A stretch of DNA of 64,000 nt. Source: a virus (lineage: Duplodnaviria; Caudoviricetes). The DNA is taken from positions 1 through 64,000 of the IMG/VR virus record IMGVR_UViG_3300014732_000001; one strand, written 5' to 3'. Positions within the stretch are counted from its first letter, which is position 1. Each line of letters opens with the position of its first letter. The position numbers and the translations under genes are program-made. This document shows, one piece after another, positions 27,647-36,749 of this stretch. The notes beneath the pieces are model-generated. The model did no database searches and was not told the origin of the DNA. It was given only the letters and a program-made list of their open reading frames with translations.

Positions 27647-27830
27647 AGCCTTCGTCCTCTAGATCGATTTGTTCCACCATCTTAACAACAAATGGACGAG
27701 AAAACAAATAACCTGCAACTCCTTTCTCATCCTCTGAAATACACACAGCAATCTGTGTCCCTCCGTTCTTCAAATAAATATCAATCTCACGAAGAAGAGA
27801 GGATTTTGATTTATGGAATGTCTGTTGCAC
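27639..27830 (-). CDS. Hypothetical protein
   Basis: 63 aa. Confidence 0.6.
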   Translation of the reverse strand: MQQTFHKSKSSLLREIDIYLKNGGTQIAVCISEDEKGVAGYLFSRPFVVKMVEQIDLEDEGYV

Positions 27831-27842
27831 TATTTGTTCTCC

Positions 27843-28241
27843 TTAATAGGAACGATATGCTTGCTTTAGCTCTTCTACAAGACGTTGATTCTGCTCCTCA
27901 AGCTCTTTGATTCGTTCCTTAAGGATTGTCTCTCCCATGCTAGGAAGCAGAGCAACAGCCAGTTGCTTCATATCCATTCGCCAACCTTGTACACTAATCA
28001 GATGCTCTGCGCCATATGTATCACTTACAGTGAACGATTGCTCACTCACTCGTGTAATTTTCCCTTGCAAGATGTTTTCAATGCAACCAGCAACACGATA
28101 GGAAATATTGCATTCTGTGTCTGTCTCTACATATGGAAGATAATCAGTGTAAAGACGAGACATAATGTCTTCAAGCACATCACCAGCTTTTTGCTTAAGC
28201 TCCTCAAGAGCGTCTTGTAGAATCTTTTCTTTTGTGTTCAC
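27843..28241 (-). CDS. Hypothetical protein with C-terminal coiled coil
   Basis: 132 aa, GGAGG RBS. Confidence 0.7.
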   Translation of the reverse strand: MNTKEKILQDALEELKQKAGDVLEDIMSRLYTDYLPYVETDTECNISYRVAGCIENILQGKITRVSEQSFTVSDTYGAEHLISVQGWRMDMKQLAVALLPSMGETILKERIKELEEQNQRLVEELKQAYRSY

Positions 28242-28471
28242 TTCACCACCTCCAATTTCACCTTCTTTTCTTTAGTGCAGGCATTATAATCCCCATTTCC
28301 ACTACAGGTCAACGAATTTTCGGCATTTTGTTGCTCATCTCCGTTGTAGAAGGATGCTTGTCGCATTGCAATCTCAGCTTCAATAATATCTTTGAATGTA
28401 TACAGGCCAGACAAAGAAATATTCTTTAGATGCTCTGCTACAGGAAGCCAGATGGATATATCATCATTCAT
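28238..28471 (-). CDS. Hypothetical protein
   Basis: 77 aa. Confidence 0.62.
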   Translation of the reverse strand: MNDDISIWLPVAEHLKNISLSGLYTFKDIIEAEIAMRQASFYNGDEQQNAENSLTCSGNGDYNACTKEKKVKLEVVK

Positions 28472-28472
28472 T

Positions 28473-29093
28473 CTACTTCTCTCCTACAGCACTTAAAGCT
28501 TTTCTAAGGATGATTGAGTTTACTTGGTCCTCACTACTAGCGCAACCAAATTTACCCTCAAATCGTTGTTTCATTTTCTGGGGGTGAGGATCGCTCCATT
28601 GATAACCTTCACTTAGAAACATACTTTTAGAGGCAAGAGTCTTCTTGAATGCCTCTGTGAGTCGAATATTCATATTAGCATCTACCCAAATTTTACAGAC
28701 AGAAACATCCATATACCCTAGCACTTTAAACTGGTCGCCCGGCTGTGCAAGCTGGATAAACTGAACACTCATTCCGGCAATATTACACTGCCAGACGCGC
28801 ACCAGAGCAGGCATTTTTCTGTAGAGATTGCTCATCTCTCGCACACCATTCGAACTACTCTCATGAATTTCTGAGAGGGTCTTGATTTCTACACCTCTGA
28901 AGGCTTTCTGTAATTGATTCCTACATGCGTCGATTGTCCTTGCTGTGGACACATAATAAAAATCCAGATCATTACATTCATTGCCAAAGTACCAGTCACG
29001 GGGTGCCCCGCCTGCCAGAATACAGTGGGGGTCAATAACCTTTAGCTTCTCGTATACGGTCTGTGCTATAGCTTTCTGCTGTTCAATTGTCAT
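28473..29093 (-). CDS. Nucleotidyltransferase (CCA/poly(A) polymerase head-like), paralog 1
   Basis: 'ILAGGAPRDW.FG...NDLDFY' GGxxRD...DxD motif. Confidence 0.8.
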   Translation of the reverse strand: MTIEQQKAIAQTVYEKLKVIDPHCILAGGAPRDWYFGNECNDLDFYYVSTARTIDACRNQLQKAFRGVEIKTLSEIHESSSNGVREMSNLYRKMPALVRVWQCNIAGMSVQFIQLAQPGDQFKVLGYMDVSVCKIWVDANMNIRLTEAFKKTLASKSMFLSEGYQWSDPHPQKMKQRFEGKFGCASSEDQVNSIILRKALSAVGEK

Positions 29094-29794
29094 TCCACTC
29101 CCTCCTCCACAAAACGAAGACCTGACTCATAAAGGTGTGCAGCCACATCAGTATAGCTGGACATACGTTCGGTTTCAATCAACACGTCTGAGATAGCGTC
29201 AATAACCTTCTTTCGCTCTTGTGCTGCAATCTGCTCAGGTGTTTGGATTGGACGAATCTTAGTATGTTTATCCAACACCAAAAGCTGTTCAAATCCTAGA
29301 TGCGGACAAGCAATAACAACCTCATCCTCATCACCATCTGGAATATCCAGCACGTATTTCACCGTAGCCTCAAACCAAGGACCAGCACCAAGCTTATATT
29401 CGATATTAGCTCCGACAGGAGGAAGATCCCCATTTTCATACCACGAATTGTCTTGAGCTTTTGGCTCATTGTCAGAAGTGTTTACAGCAGAAGACACAAC
29501 GTCGTTTTCTACACTGATTTTCTGCACTAAATAGCCACTTTCGTTTGATGTTTGAAGACCTTCTACAAGTTGCAAAGCCTCCCCACCAATAAAACCATCC
29601 TCACCCGGCACATATTCAAAGCGATTTAAGAGGCTTGGTTTAAGAAGATAACCGTCTTCGCCAAAGTAGCCGTCTGGTAGGTAGCTAATAATTTCAAAGA
29701 CCTCCCCACTCAAAGACTCTACGTCGCTGTAAGAAATACCCCATCCGCCCTCAACAACATGCACACGATCACCCACTTTGTATTTAAGACTCAT
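29090..29794 (-). CDS. Hypothetical multi-domain protein
   Basis: Start MSLKYKVGDRV; SH3-like segments. Confidence 0.65.
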   Translation of the reverse strand: MSLKYKVGDRVHVVEGGWGISYSDVESLSGEVFEIISYLPDGYFGEDGYLLKPSLLNRFEYVPGEDGFIGGEALQLVEGLQTSNESGYLVQKISVENDVVSSAVNTSDNEPKAQDNSWYENGDLPPVGANIEYKLGAGPWFEATVKYVLDIPDGDEDEVVIACPHLGFEQLLVLDKHTKIRPIQTPEQIAAQERKKVIDAISDVLIETERMSSYTDVAAHLYESGLRFVEEGVE

Positions 29795-29931
29795 TCTTCT
29801 TCCTCCCAATATTTACCTTGCTTACCACCATTCTTACGGCTTTCCTTCTTCTTGTCAAGCTCAATTTTAGGCTTGTTGAAGGAGAATGTGTGTTTCTTGA
29901 CAATGTTACGTTGCTTAGGCTTCTTTTTCAT
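29791..29931 (-). CDS. Small basic protein
   Basis: 46 aa MKKKPKQRNIVKKHTFSFNKPK..., stop/start overlaps on both sides. Confidence 0.55.
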   Translation of the reverse strand: MKKKPKQRNIVKKHTFSFNKPKIELDKKKESRKNGGKQGKYWEEEE

Positions 29932-30251
29932 TTGCAAGCCTCCTGATAAATTGCATGGATTACGCTACCCGATGGTATATCATCTGTTGGGGGTGTGTCA
30001 AATCCATACGTATCGTCACTACAATCAAAGTATACCTCTACTGAGAGGGCTGTACGCCCAATTGGGTCTGTGATGATCCAGTGTGTTCCTTTATATTTGT
30101 AACCATCGGCTTTCGTCCCGTAGCTGTAGAATTTCTTCTCAATCTGATGCGTATTCCCCAGAGCGTCTGTTCCAAAGAAACGCATCTCCAGGATTTCTGC
30201 TTGCACTGACATAGAGGCTAGGGTCATTGATGCTACGATTAGAGCTTTCAT
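29928..30251 (-). CDS. Signal-peptide-bearing (periplasmic) protein
   Basis: 'MKALIVASMTLASMSVQA' Sec signal with AxA-like cleavage site. Confidence 0.65.
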   Translation of the reverse strand: MKALIVASMTLASMSVQAEILEMRFFGTDALGNTHQIEKKFYSYGTKADGYKYKGTHWIITDPIGRTALSVEVYFDCSDDTYGFDTPPTDDIPSGSVIHAIYQEACK

Positions 30252-30370
30252 TTCTTGTCCCTCGTTTTGTTTGTGTTGGGTATATTCTACATCAACATCT
30301 CAGAAAGCATAATTGTAAATTTCTATCGAGAGAGCAGAAGATGATAGAGGAAATTGTAGAGGGTGGTGTG

Positions 30371-30399
30371 TTGACATTTAGAGGAGGAGGGTGGAGAAT
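30371..30399 (+). promoter_or_regulatory. Promoter heading cassette copy 2
   Basis: TTGACA-N17 (G-rich)-GAGAAT. Confidence 0.5.
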
Positions 30400-30419
30400 T
30401 GGTGGTAGGGAAGAAAAGG

Positions 30420-30671
30420 TATGGGACTGAAAATCTCCCTATATAGGATCAAAAATCCTACACGTATGGGATCAGAAGTCTCTTTATCAAGATAGAGTAA
30501 TAAGATAGAAAGAACAAAAACGAATAAATAATGAAAGCATCGTGCAAGCACGACAGGTCGTAGACCAAATGAAAGCTTGTGTATCTGGCTTTTATCTTTT
30601 ATTATTTTTGTGTGCAAAGAGCGTAAGCGAAGAAAAGAAATACGAAAGGTATAGGATCGTAAGTCCCATAC
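30420..30671 (+). repeat. Iteron-like 21-bp repeats and hairpin core, cassette copy 2
   Basis: TATGGGACTGAAAATCTCC (30420), TATAGGATCAAAAATCCTA (30442), TATGGGATCAGAAGTCTCT (30465), TATAGGATCGTAAGTCCCA (30650); GGTC-GTA-GACC at 30556. Confidence 0.78.
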
Positions 30672-30696
30672 TGTAACCCCAAAGGAGATAGCTTTT

Positions 30697-30822
30697 ATGA
30701 CAAACCTAATTGTACCCCGTGACCTTCTGCGTTGGATCGATGAAAATCGTGGAAGCCTGAGTCGTCAGAGCTATATTATAAAATGCCTGTTCAAACTCAA
30801 GGAGGTTAGCGAGATGAAGTAG
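30697..30822 (+). CDS. Small ribbon-helix-helix (CopG/Arc-like) protein, cassette copy 2
   Basis: 41 aa MTNLIVPRDLLRWIDENRGSLSRQSYIIKCLF..., AGGAG RBS; paralog of 60630-60752; absent from track. Confidence 0.7.
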   Translation: MTNLIVPRDLLRWIDENRGSLSRQSYIIKCLFKLKEVSEMK

Positions 30823-30877
30823 ATTTCTATCAGAAACTCGAAAGCAATAAATTACTTAAATAACTGAGGACTTAACT

Positions 30878-31354
30878 ATGAAAGAGGAAACATTTTACAA
30901 AATACCAAAATCTCTGATGAAAGCAACTGGATACTACAGCTTAGAGAACGGGAATCCTGTTATCCTTACGATAGCAGCGAAGCTTGTCTACACCTATATG
31001 CTGGACAGGCTTGTGTTTTTCGTAGATAAGCAGAAAGGGCAACATTTTGAGTCACAGCAAACAATTGCTGATGCTTGTGGTTTGGAATATAAGGTGGTAG
31101 GTAAAATCCTGCGTCAATTTATGGATAATGGGGTTGTTTTTGGTAAGAAGCTGCGTCCGAATGGCAGAGGTCAGTGGCGTTGGCATTACACTAAAATCGA
31201 AACAGGTCTTGACTTCTGGCAAGGTTCTTCAGAAAATCCTGTCAGGGTTGGGAAAGATTTTGTTGAACACAAAGCTACTATTCCAGTACAAACAAAGAAA
31301 AATCTTGACAGCCCACCATCTTGGGTGGATGATGAAGAAGGATTACCATTTTAG
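30878..31354 (+). CDS. RepA_N-like winged-HTH protein, cassette copy 2
   Basis: 'FYKIPKSLM...LTIAAKLVYTYMLDR' parallels RepA_N 'FY.LPK.L..LS..AK..Y..L.DR'; ends DDEEGLPF. Confidence 0.72.
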   Translation: MKEETFYKIPKSLMKATGYYSLENGNPVILTIAAKLVYTYMLDRLVFFVDKQKGQHFESQQTIADACGLEYKVVGKILRQFMDNGVVFGKKLRPNGRGQWRWHYTKIETGLDFWQGSSENPVRVGKDFVEHKATIPVQTKKNLDSPPSWVDDEEGLPF

Positions 31355-31367
31355 GAGGATTTTACCT

Positions 31368-32129
31368 ATGAACTTGAAAGAATATATGCAAATGAAGTAC
31401 CCAAATAGCAAGAAAAAGCACCTGAACTCTATTGAATTCGATATATTCGGTATCTTAGATCACAGTAAGGGTTGGTTCAAACGCAACGAGGGGTTGGAAC
31501 TTACACAAGAGCAAATTAATAAAGTCTATTTCCGTACAAGCAGTTTACGAGGAAGTAAGAAAAGCAAAACTCTCGCCCGAATTGCAAACGCCGTAAAAGA
31601 TTATGAAGTTACAGACAATAAATACGTTTACCTAATGAAAAACGCTAACGAGATGCTTAAAATTGGGATTTCCGTGGACCCAATCAGACGAGCCAGGAAC
31701 ATTTCAACATCCTCTGGTGTTCCTACGCATCTTGTGGCGTTCTGGAAAGTTGATCGTAGAGCGGTAGAGGTTGAATCAAAGCTTCTGAAACATTTCAAGC
31801 GGCGTTCAACCCTTGGTGAATGGTTCAGTCCAAATTCGTTCTCAATACAAGAAATCGAGGCTCAGATTGGGTGCAATTTTGAAAGAAAGTTTTTATTGGA
31901 GGATGTATATAAAAAGGTTGAGCGGAGCACAGAAAAACACAGCTATGAGCGGGTGAAATTTCAAACAACTAAGGCAAAGCTTTTTGTAATCCAAGGAATT
32001 GATGTATGGGTTCCAAAAGCTGTGATCGAGGTTGAGAAAGACGGTGAACTTGAAACTTCTGGAACATTCTTGTCCGAGAAGATTTCAGGCTTACTGAAAT
32101 GTCAAGATTATTTTAGTCAGGGTGTGTAG
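31368..32129 (+). CDS. GIY-YIG-related (T5orf172/MUG113-like) endonuclease
   Basis: 'YVYLMKN..LKIGIS.DP.RR...VESKL.KHF...GEWF'; start after AGGAGG overlapping upstream stop. Confidence 0.82.
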   Translation: MNLKEYMQMKYPNSKKKHLNSIEFDIFGILDHSKGWFKRNEGLELTQEQINKVYFRTSSLRGSKKSKTLARIANAVKDYEVTDNKYVYLMKNANEMLKIGISVDPIRRARNISTSSGVPTHLVAFWKVDRRAVEVESKLLKHFKRRSTLGEWFSPNSFSIQEIEAQIGCNFERKFLLEDVYKKVERSTEKHSYERVKFQTTKAKLFVIQGIDVWVPKAVIEVEKDGELETSGTFLSEKISGLLKCQDYFSQGV

Positions 32130-32200
32130 CAAGTATCCTTGACGACGATAAGAATCGTATTGTAAAGTATGCCAAACAACTGATGCTCTTGGAGGAATAA

Positions 32201-32479
32201 ATGAAAGTCACATTTTATAAAGCGCCAAATGGCCACAAAGAAATTCTTAATATTACGAAGATCAATAAAGAAGATGAGGAGTTCTTTATTGCTAACGGTG
32301 TTAAAATCAGCATGGAAGAGATTGGAGGTGATTTTGTTGTCTATGCTGACACAGGCTTAGAAAATGAAGATGGAAACCCGGAAGAGTTTATTGAGATTGC
32401 ACAAGGTCGGAGCTGCGAGGATGTGCTGAAAGCCCTGCGTATTTGCTGTGAAGAATTCTTGAAAAGCTTGGAGAAATAG
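32201..32479 (+). CDS. Hypothetical early protein
   Basis: 92 aa, GGAGG RBS. Confidence 0.72.
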   Translation: MKVTFYKAPNGHKEILNITKINKEDEEFFIANGVKISMEEIGGDFVVYADTGLENEDGNPEEFIEIAQGRSCEDVLKALRICCEEFLKSLEK

Positions 32480-32480
32480 A

Positions 32481-33011
32481 ATGAAAGATGGTGATGTGTT
32501 CCACTGGTACTACAAGAACGACATTGAATACCGAGCAAAACATGCTGGCTCTGGCACGGCATACTGGTGTTTAGACAATCAGTGTGTATACTGGGAGGGT
32601 GTTGGTCTTGTAGACACCTATTGGTCTGGTCTTACTGGTCAATACCTGTCATCCCATGCAAAAATTCTAGACGAAGAAGAAATTGACCTTGAGTTTGTTT
32701 GCAATCTTGACGATGTTGAATTTATTCACAAATCAGATGCAGACGAGTACGACAAAGTATACGATTTGAGCCACCAGCACCGCTGTTACCCGCATTTTGC
32801 TGTAGATAAGGGCGTATGTAAAAGTAAGAAAGCCATTCTCACAAAGAAAGAACGGGAACTCGCAGACGTAAAAAGTGAACTTGAATACTTACAACGTAAG
32901 GAGGTGTGGCTCACAGAAGAAATTGCTGAACTATTGATAGAAAGAGACCTTTCATCCACAAGGATTCTGTGTAAAATAGGGACAAATCAAAGCAATTCCG
33001 CAACAACGTGA
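32481..33011 (+). CDS. Hypothetical early protein
   Basis: 176 aa. Confidence 0.72.
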   Translation: MKDGDVFHWYYKNDIEYRAKHAGSGTAYWCLDNQCVYWEGVGLVDTYWSGLTGQYLSSHAKILDEEEIDLEFVCNLDDVEFIHKSDADEYDKVYDLSHQHRCYPHFAVDKGVCKSKKAILTKKERELADVKSELEYLQRKEVWLTEEIAELLIERDLSSTRILCKIGTNQSNSATT

Positions 33012-33021
33012 GGATTTAAAG

Positions 33022-33363
33022 ATGAAAGTTCTAGAAGACAAAGGCTATAAATGCTGGAAGACAGACAACGAAAGCTATGGTGTAATTAAGCATTACCAAA
33101 GGCGCTTACAAGAGGATGAAATCCTAAAATTCTCCATCCCACTTTGTCAATGCAATGACAAGACCCTGTTGAATGTCGTGCATTCAGATTTACTGATTCA
33201 TGGATATAAGAGCGAATCATTTGAAGTGAGTTTGTGCCATGAGAACAAAGACGGTGAGTGGTGCGACCTTAAAATCTACTGCCTGACACGAAAACAGGTT
33301 GAGGATTCTCTTGACAGGTTGGAGCAAAAGGTGTTGAATATGTGGAAAGCATTCAACGACTGA
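33022..33363 (+). CDS. Hypothetical early protein
   Basis: 113 aa, GAGG RBS. Confidence 0.7.
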   Translation: MKVLEDKGYKCWKTDNESYGVIKHYQRRLQEDEILKFSIPLCQCNDKTLLNVVHSDLLIHGYKSESFEVSLCHENKDGEWCDLKIYCLTRKQVEDSLDRLEQKVLNMWKAFND

Positions 33364-33374
33364 GGAGAATAGAA

Positions 33375-33566
33375 ATGACCATTAAATACCGTGTAAATTA
33401 TTACGAGTCTGAGTGTGGATGGGGTAGTGATTCTTGGAATACTGACTACGACACAGAGCAAGAAGCCCGAGCCGCATACCAAGAGTGCTTTGATCATTAT
33501 ATGCGTCAAAACAGCACACCAAGTTATTACATCCATCCTACCTATATTGGCGAAGTAAAAGTTTAA
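33375..33566 (+). CDS. Hypothetical early protein
   Basis: 63 aa MTIKYRVNYYESECGWG, GAGGAG RBS. Confidence 0.68.
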   Translation: MTIKYRVNYYESECGWGSDSWNTDYDTEQEARAAYQECFDHYMRQNSTPSYYIHPTYIGEVKV

Positions 33567-33655
33567 TGAACACATATTCATCTAAGCTATACAATATTCT
33601 TATTGAAGCAGGGTTTTCCATAGAAAAGATTGATAGGCTCTGGACAATCTTTAGC

Positions 33656-33684
33656 TTGACATCTGATAAGAAAGAGCCTATTCT
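33656..33684 (+). promoter_or_regulatory. Sigma70 early promoter
   Basis: TTGACA-N17-TATTCT. Confidence 0.7.
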
Positions 33685-33743
33685 TTGGTCGGCTTCATTG
33701 GGAAGCCTTCTAAAACAAGCTGAAATTGAATTAGGAATGTGAT

Positions 33744-33941
33744 ATGAACACATCTACAGAATATAACGAAGGTTATCGCCTGGGAGCCGAGGATTGTGAA
33801 TATGCAATAAAGCTTGGGTATAGTGTTCTTGTGCAGCATTTAAAGCACTGGGAAAGCTATACAGCGCAAGATGATGAGGATAAGGGATATCTCCAAGCCC
33901 TTAAAGATTTCGAAGATAAATTGTTTACAGTGGGAGAATAG
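33744..33941 (+). CDS. Hypothetical early protein
   Basis: 65 aa. Confidence 0.65.
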   Translation: MNTSTEYNEGYRLGAEDCEYAIKLGYSVLVQHLKHWESYTAQDDEDKGYLQALKDFEDKLFTVGE

Positions 33942-33943
33942 CT

Positions 33944-34195
33944 ATGCTAGGTTACAACCAACACTTATCAGCAGCTTGGAACGTATACAAAAATCTACAA
34001 TACGTTTCTAAAGCCATCAACGCTTATGACCTTGGCTATTGGCGAGCATGGGCTACAGCTCAGCTTTCTTATGACGCCAGAGACATGTTCAAAGATGAAG
34101 AAAAAGCTAAGAAAGCTGTTGACAAGGGCTTAATCCTGATTCAGAATATCTCAACTGCCCGAGAAAAGCAGCTTAAACAGACGAAAATGTGTTGA
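33944..34195 (+). CDS. Hypothetical early protein
   Basis: 83 aa, GGGAG RBS. Confidence 0.62.
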   Translation: MLGYNQHLSAAWNVYKNLQYVSKAINAYDLGYWRAWATAQLSYDARDMFKDEEKAKKAVDKGLILIQNISTAREKQLKQTKMC

Positions 34196-34206
34196 GGAGA
34201 AACAAG

Positions 34207-34431
34207 ATGAAAATTGAAAAGAAAGAAGCAGCTTTTGAACCTGTAACAATCACGCTGCAATCACAAGACGAACTCGACTTGTTTTATCAAGTATTTCGTC
34301 AACTGGGTGGTGGCATCCCGGCAAGTTTGTGGGGCACTGCATCTCACGCAGCCGCTAAGCTTCGTGAGCAAGGTGCAGAGGTTCGGGACGATTGGGATTT
34401 GACTGGCGACATCTACATTCGAGAACTGTAA
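34207..34431 (+). CDS. Hypothetical early protein
   Basis: MKIEKKE start, GAGGAG RBS; promoter TTGACA-N17-CAGAAT at 34119-34147. Confidence 0.68.
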   Translation: MKIEKKEAAFEPVTITLQSQDELDLFYQVFRQLGGGIPASLWGTASHAAAKLREQGAEVRDDWDLTGDIYIREL

Positions 34432-34470
34432 GCACAACACACAACAAAGAGCTTTTAAGGAATTATAGAA

Positions 34471-34596
34471 ATGAAAATCCGTATGAATGCACAAGAGCAA
34501 CACAACGAATACAGCAAGCAAAAAGAGCGCAAAGCCCATAAAGAGCTGCGTAATCTGCGCAAGAATCGTAATAACCGCTGGCAATCGGCCGATTAG
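34471..34596 (+). CDS. Small basic protein
   Basis: 41 aa, AAGGA RBS, not in track. Confidence 0.5.
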   Translation: MKIRMNAQEQHNEYSKQKERKAHKELRNLRKNRNNRWQSAD

Positions 34597-34611
34597 TTAG
34601 GGAGAAGGATA

Positions 34612-34866
34612 ATGCGTTCAATTGACGTGCGTAGCACTAAAGAAGAAGTGGTAACTATAATCAAGTTTGCAGATGGTGAAGACTATGAGTCCGTGGTGGA
34701 GCTACAGCTCATCCCTGAAAACGAGTGTGTTTACCTAAACTCCTCTGGGGAGGCCCGTCAACGTGACGGGGATTGCACGAACGTTATCTTGGATTCTAAA
34801 GAGGATGCACAAAACCTAATCAAAGCCCTGCAGAAAGCTATTGAGCTTGGTTGGTGGGATCGTTGA
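34612..34866 (+). CDS. Hypothetical early protein
   Basis: 84 aa. Confidence 0.68.
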   Translation: MRSIDVRSTKEEVVTIIKFADGEDYESVVELQLIPENECVYLNSSGEARQRDGDCTNVILDSKEDAQNLIKALQKAIELGWWDR

Positions 34867-34902
34867 TCGGGCAGTATTCTAAATAATTAAGGGGAAATAA
34901 AT

Positions 34903-35316
34903 ATGTCTTTGGCTCTTATCGTATATCTGGTGTTCACTGCCCTACCTGCAATTTCTAAACTAACGTTTATTGCATTTCTGGCTTGGCTGGTTATTACACT
35001 GATTGCACTTTTCATTGGCGGCATGATGCGTGATGTTTACAGTAACCGAGAGACTTGGGATTGGGCTGTAAATGTAGCAGTGAAAAAGTGGGCTAAGGTG
35101 GCTATTGCTTGTTTGGTAGTGGCAAGTTTTGTACCAACAAAAGAAGTGACAGCCTATATGCTCGGGGCTTATGGTGTTCAAACGATTGCAGAGAATGAGA
35201 AAGTGCAAGAGCTTGGAGCGGAAGGCTTGGATATTCTGCAAAGCCTGATGAAGAAAGCTAAAGCTGAGATTGAGGAAGTCGATCCATCAGCAACACCGAC
35301 AGAAAAAGCTAATTAA
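34903..35316 (+). CDS. Membrane protein (2-3 TM)
   Basis: Hydrophobic N-terminal half. Confidence 0.72.
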   Translation: MSLALIVYLVFTALPAISKLTFIAFLAWLVITLIALFIGGMMRDVYSNRETWDWAVNVAVKKWAKVAIACLVVASFVPTKEVTAYMLGAYGVQTIAENEKVQELGAEGLDILQSLMKKAKAEIEEVDPSATPTEKAN

Positions 35317-35344
35317 AAACACAGCACCAATAGATTCTTTTCAT

Positions 35345-35384
35345 AAGCTCCTTGGTTGACTCCTAGGGGCTTTTCTTTTATTCT
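35345..35384 (+). promoter_or_regulatory. Overlapping terminator and sigma70 promoter
   Basis: AAGCTCCT/AGGGGCTT stem plus T tract; TTGACT (35356)-N17-TATTCT. Confidence 0.68.
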
Positions 35385-35423
35385 TCTCTTAACAAATCAA
35401 TTTAGCTGTAAGAGGAAAAGAAA

Positions 35424-36170
35424 ATGATCAGCATCCCAAGGGGTTACGGGTTCAGGTCTGGCGTTGGTGCTACGTGTGAAGATGGGACACAAGAAGATTG
35501 GACGGGCATCTCACCTAACGGGAGACAGTATCGTTCTGCTATCACTGGTCAGATAAATGACTTACAAGGGTCAGACTATTGGGCTATGCGTAAAGAATTG
35601 CCGAACAAGCTTTCTGTAGCAGGTGAGCTTCCTACCGATAACGTCTGGACAGCAGATGGTAAAGCTAATATTAAAGCTTTTAGTGATGAAGCTTTGGGTC
35701 TTACTCAAAAGAAAACGCCAGCTAAGAAAACAACTCCTATTGCACATCAAATTGTTCCACAAGAGAAAACATTGGATCGTCTGGACAAACAAGAGGCTGA
35801 GCTTTACAAAGCTTTTGAGAATGAAGAGATAAGCGAGGAAGAATTTAAACAACTCATCTTTGCTTTGGAGCAAAAGAGGTATAGAGCGTGGAAATCTCGT
35901 TGTAAAGCTCTCGGGGTTGATCCTGACGCAGAAGAAGAAGACGAAGAAATGCTGCCAGAGTGGCAAGACAGGGCAGAGATAGTAGGGAAAAACAGAGAAG
36001 AAAAGCGCGAATGGTGGGAATGTGGAAACGTTTTCATCCTTACACACAAGAAGCTAAAAGACGCAGTAAAATCAGCACTAAATAAGAAATTGTCTGTTGA
36101 CAAAGAAAAGCTTAGCCCCTACATTGGGGGCGTTGTCCTAAGCTTTATAACGTTTGTAATTTTGTTTTGA
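35424..36170 (+). CDS. Hypothetical protein with C-terminal TM anchor
   Basis: 248 aa, acidic helical middle, hydrophobic C-terminus. Confidence 0.72.
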   Translation: MISIPRGYGFRSGVGATCEDGTQEDWTGISPNGRQYRSAITGQINDLQGSDYWAMRKELPNKLSVAGELPTDNVWTADGKANIKAFSDEALGLTQKKTPAKKTTPIAHQIVPQEKTLDRLDKQEAELYKAFENEEISEEEFKQLIFALEQKRYRAWKSRCKALGVDPDAEEEDEEMLPEWQDRAEIVGKNREEKREWWECGNVFILTHKKLKDAVKSALNKKLSVDKEKLSPYIGGVVLSFITFVILF

Positions 36171-36182
36171 GGAGAGTACATA

Positions 36183-36398
36183 ATGAAGTCTACATGGCAC
36201 ATCCTGCATATCCTGATGATCTTCCTAACGGGTGGATTGTGGATCATCATCTACATTTGGCGCCTATTGGCTAATGCTCATAGCAATAGGCAGCTTGAAT
36301 ATGCACAACAGCAACGCCAGCTAGAAGCTATGGAGCGCTTAGTGGCACATACAGAGGCTGCCGATAAGCTTAAGCTATTGAAGGGCCAAGACCAATAG
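36183..36398 (+). CDS. Small membrane protein
   Basis: 'HILHILMIFLTGGLWIIIYIW' hairpin TM motif. Confidence 0.7.
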   Translation: MKSTWHILHILMIFLTGGLWIIIYIWRLLANAHSNRQLEYAQQQRQLEAMERLVAHTEAADKLKLLKGQDQ

Positions 36399-36430
36399 AA
36401 TCTTTTGTCTAATTTCCTTGAAGAAACATC

Positions 36431-36459
36431 TTGACGACATAGGTGTATTGGGTCAGAAT
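36431..36459 (+). promoter_or_regulatory. Sigma70-like promoter
   Basis: TTGACG-N17-CAGAAT. Confidence 0.6.
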
Positions 36460-36497
36460 AGCTCCAACAGAAACGAAAACCTATAAAGGAAACACAC

Positions 36498-36749
36498 ATG
36501 AAATTCGCCGGAACTGAAATCACACAAGAAAGCATTCTGAAAGCCCGTGAGTGGTTCGCTGATAACTGTGATGCCTGCATTGCGGAAGCTGCTAGTGGTG
36601 CTGTTTTTGTAAACGACCTCCAGTCTTATATCATATGGCGAGAAAAAGAGAAATCGGAAGTGCTGGCAGGAAAGCATGACCACACGTTCACCTTCATGCA
36701 AAAGGCCCACTACATTCAAACAGGCGAGTCTGTTGCACTACTTCCATAA
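36498..36749 (+). CDS. Hypothetical early protein
   Basis: 83 aa, AAGGA RBS. Confidence 0.72.
   Translation: MKFAGTEITQESILKAREWFADNCDACIAEAASGAVFVNDLQSYIIWREKEKSEVLAGKHDHTFTFMQKAHYIQTGESVALLP

Noticed and set aside
31128-31367. N-terminal extension of the T5orf172 ORF overlapping the wHTH gene
   Set aside because: A strong AGGAGG precedes ATG 31368; the extension is an out-of-frame overlap.
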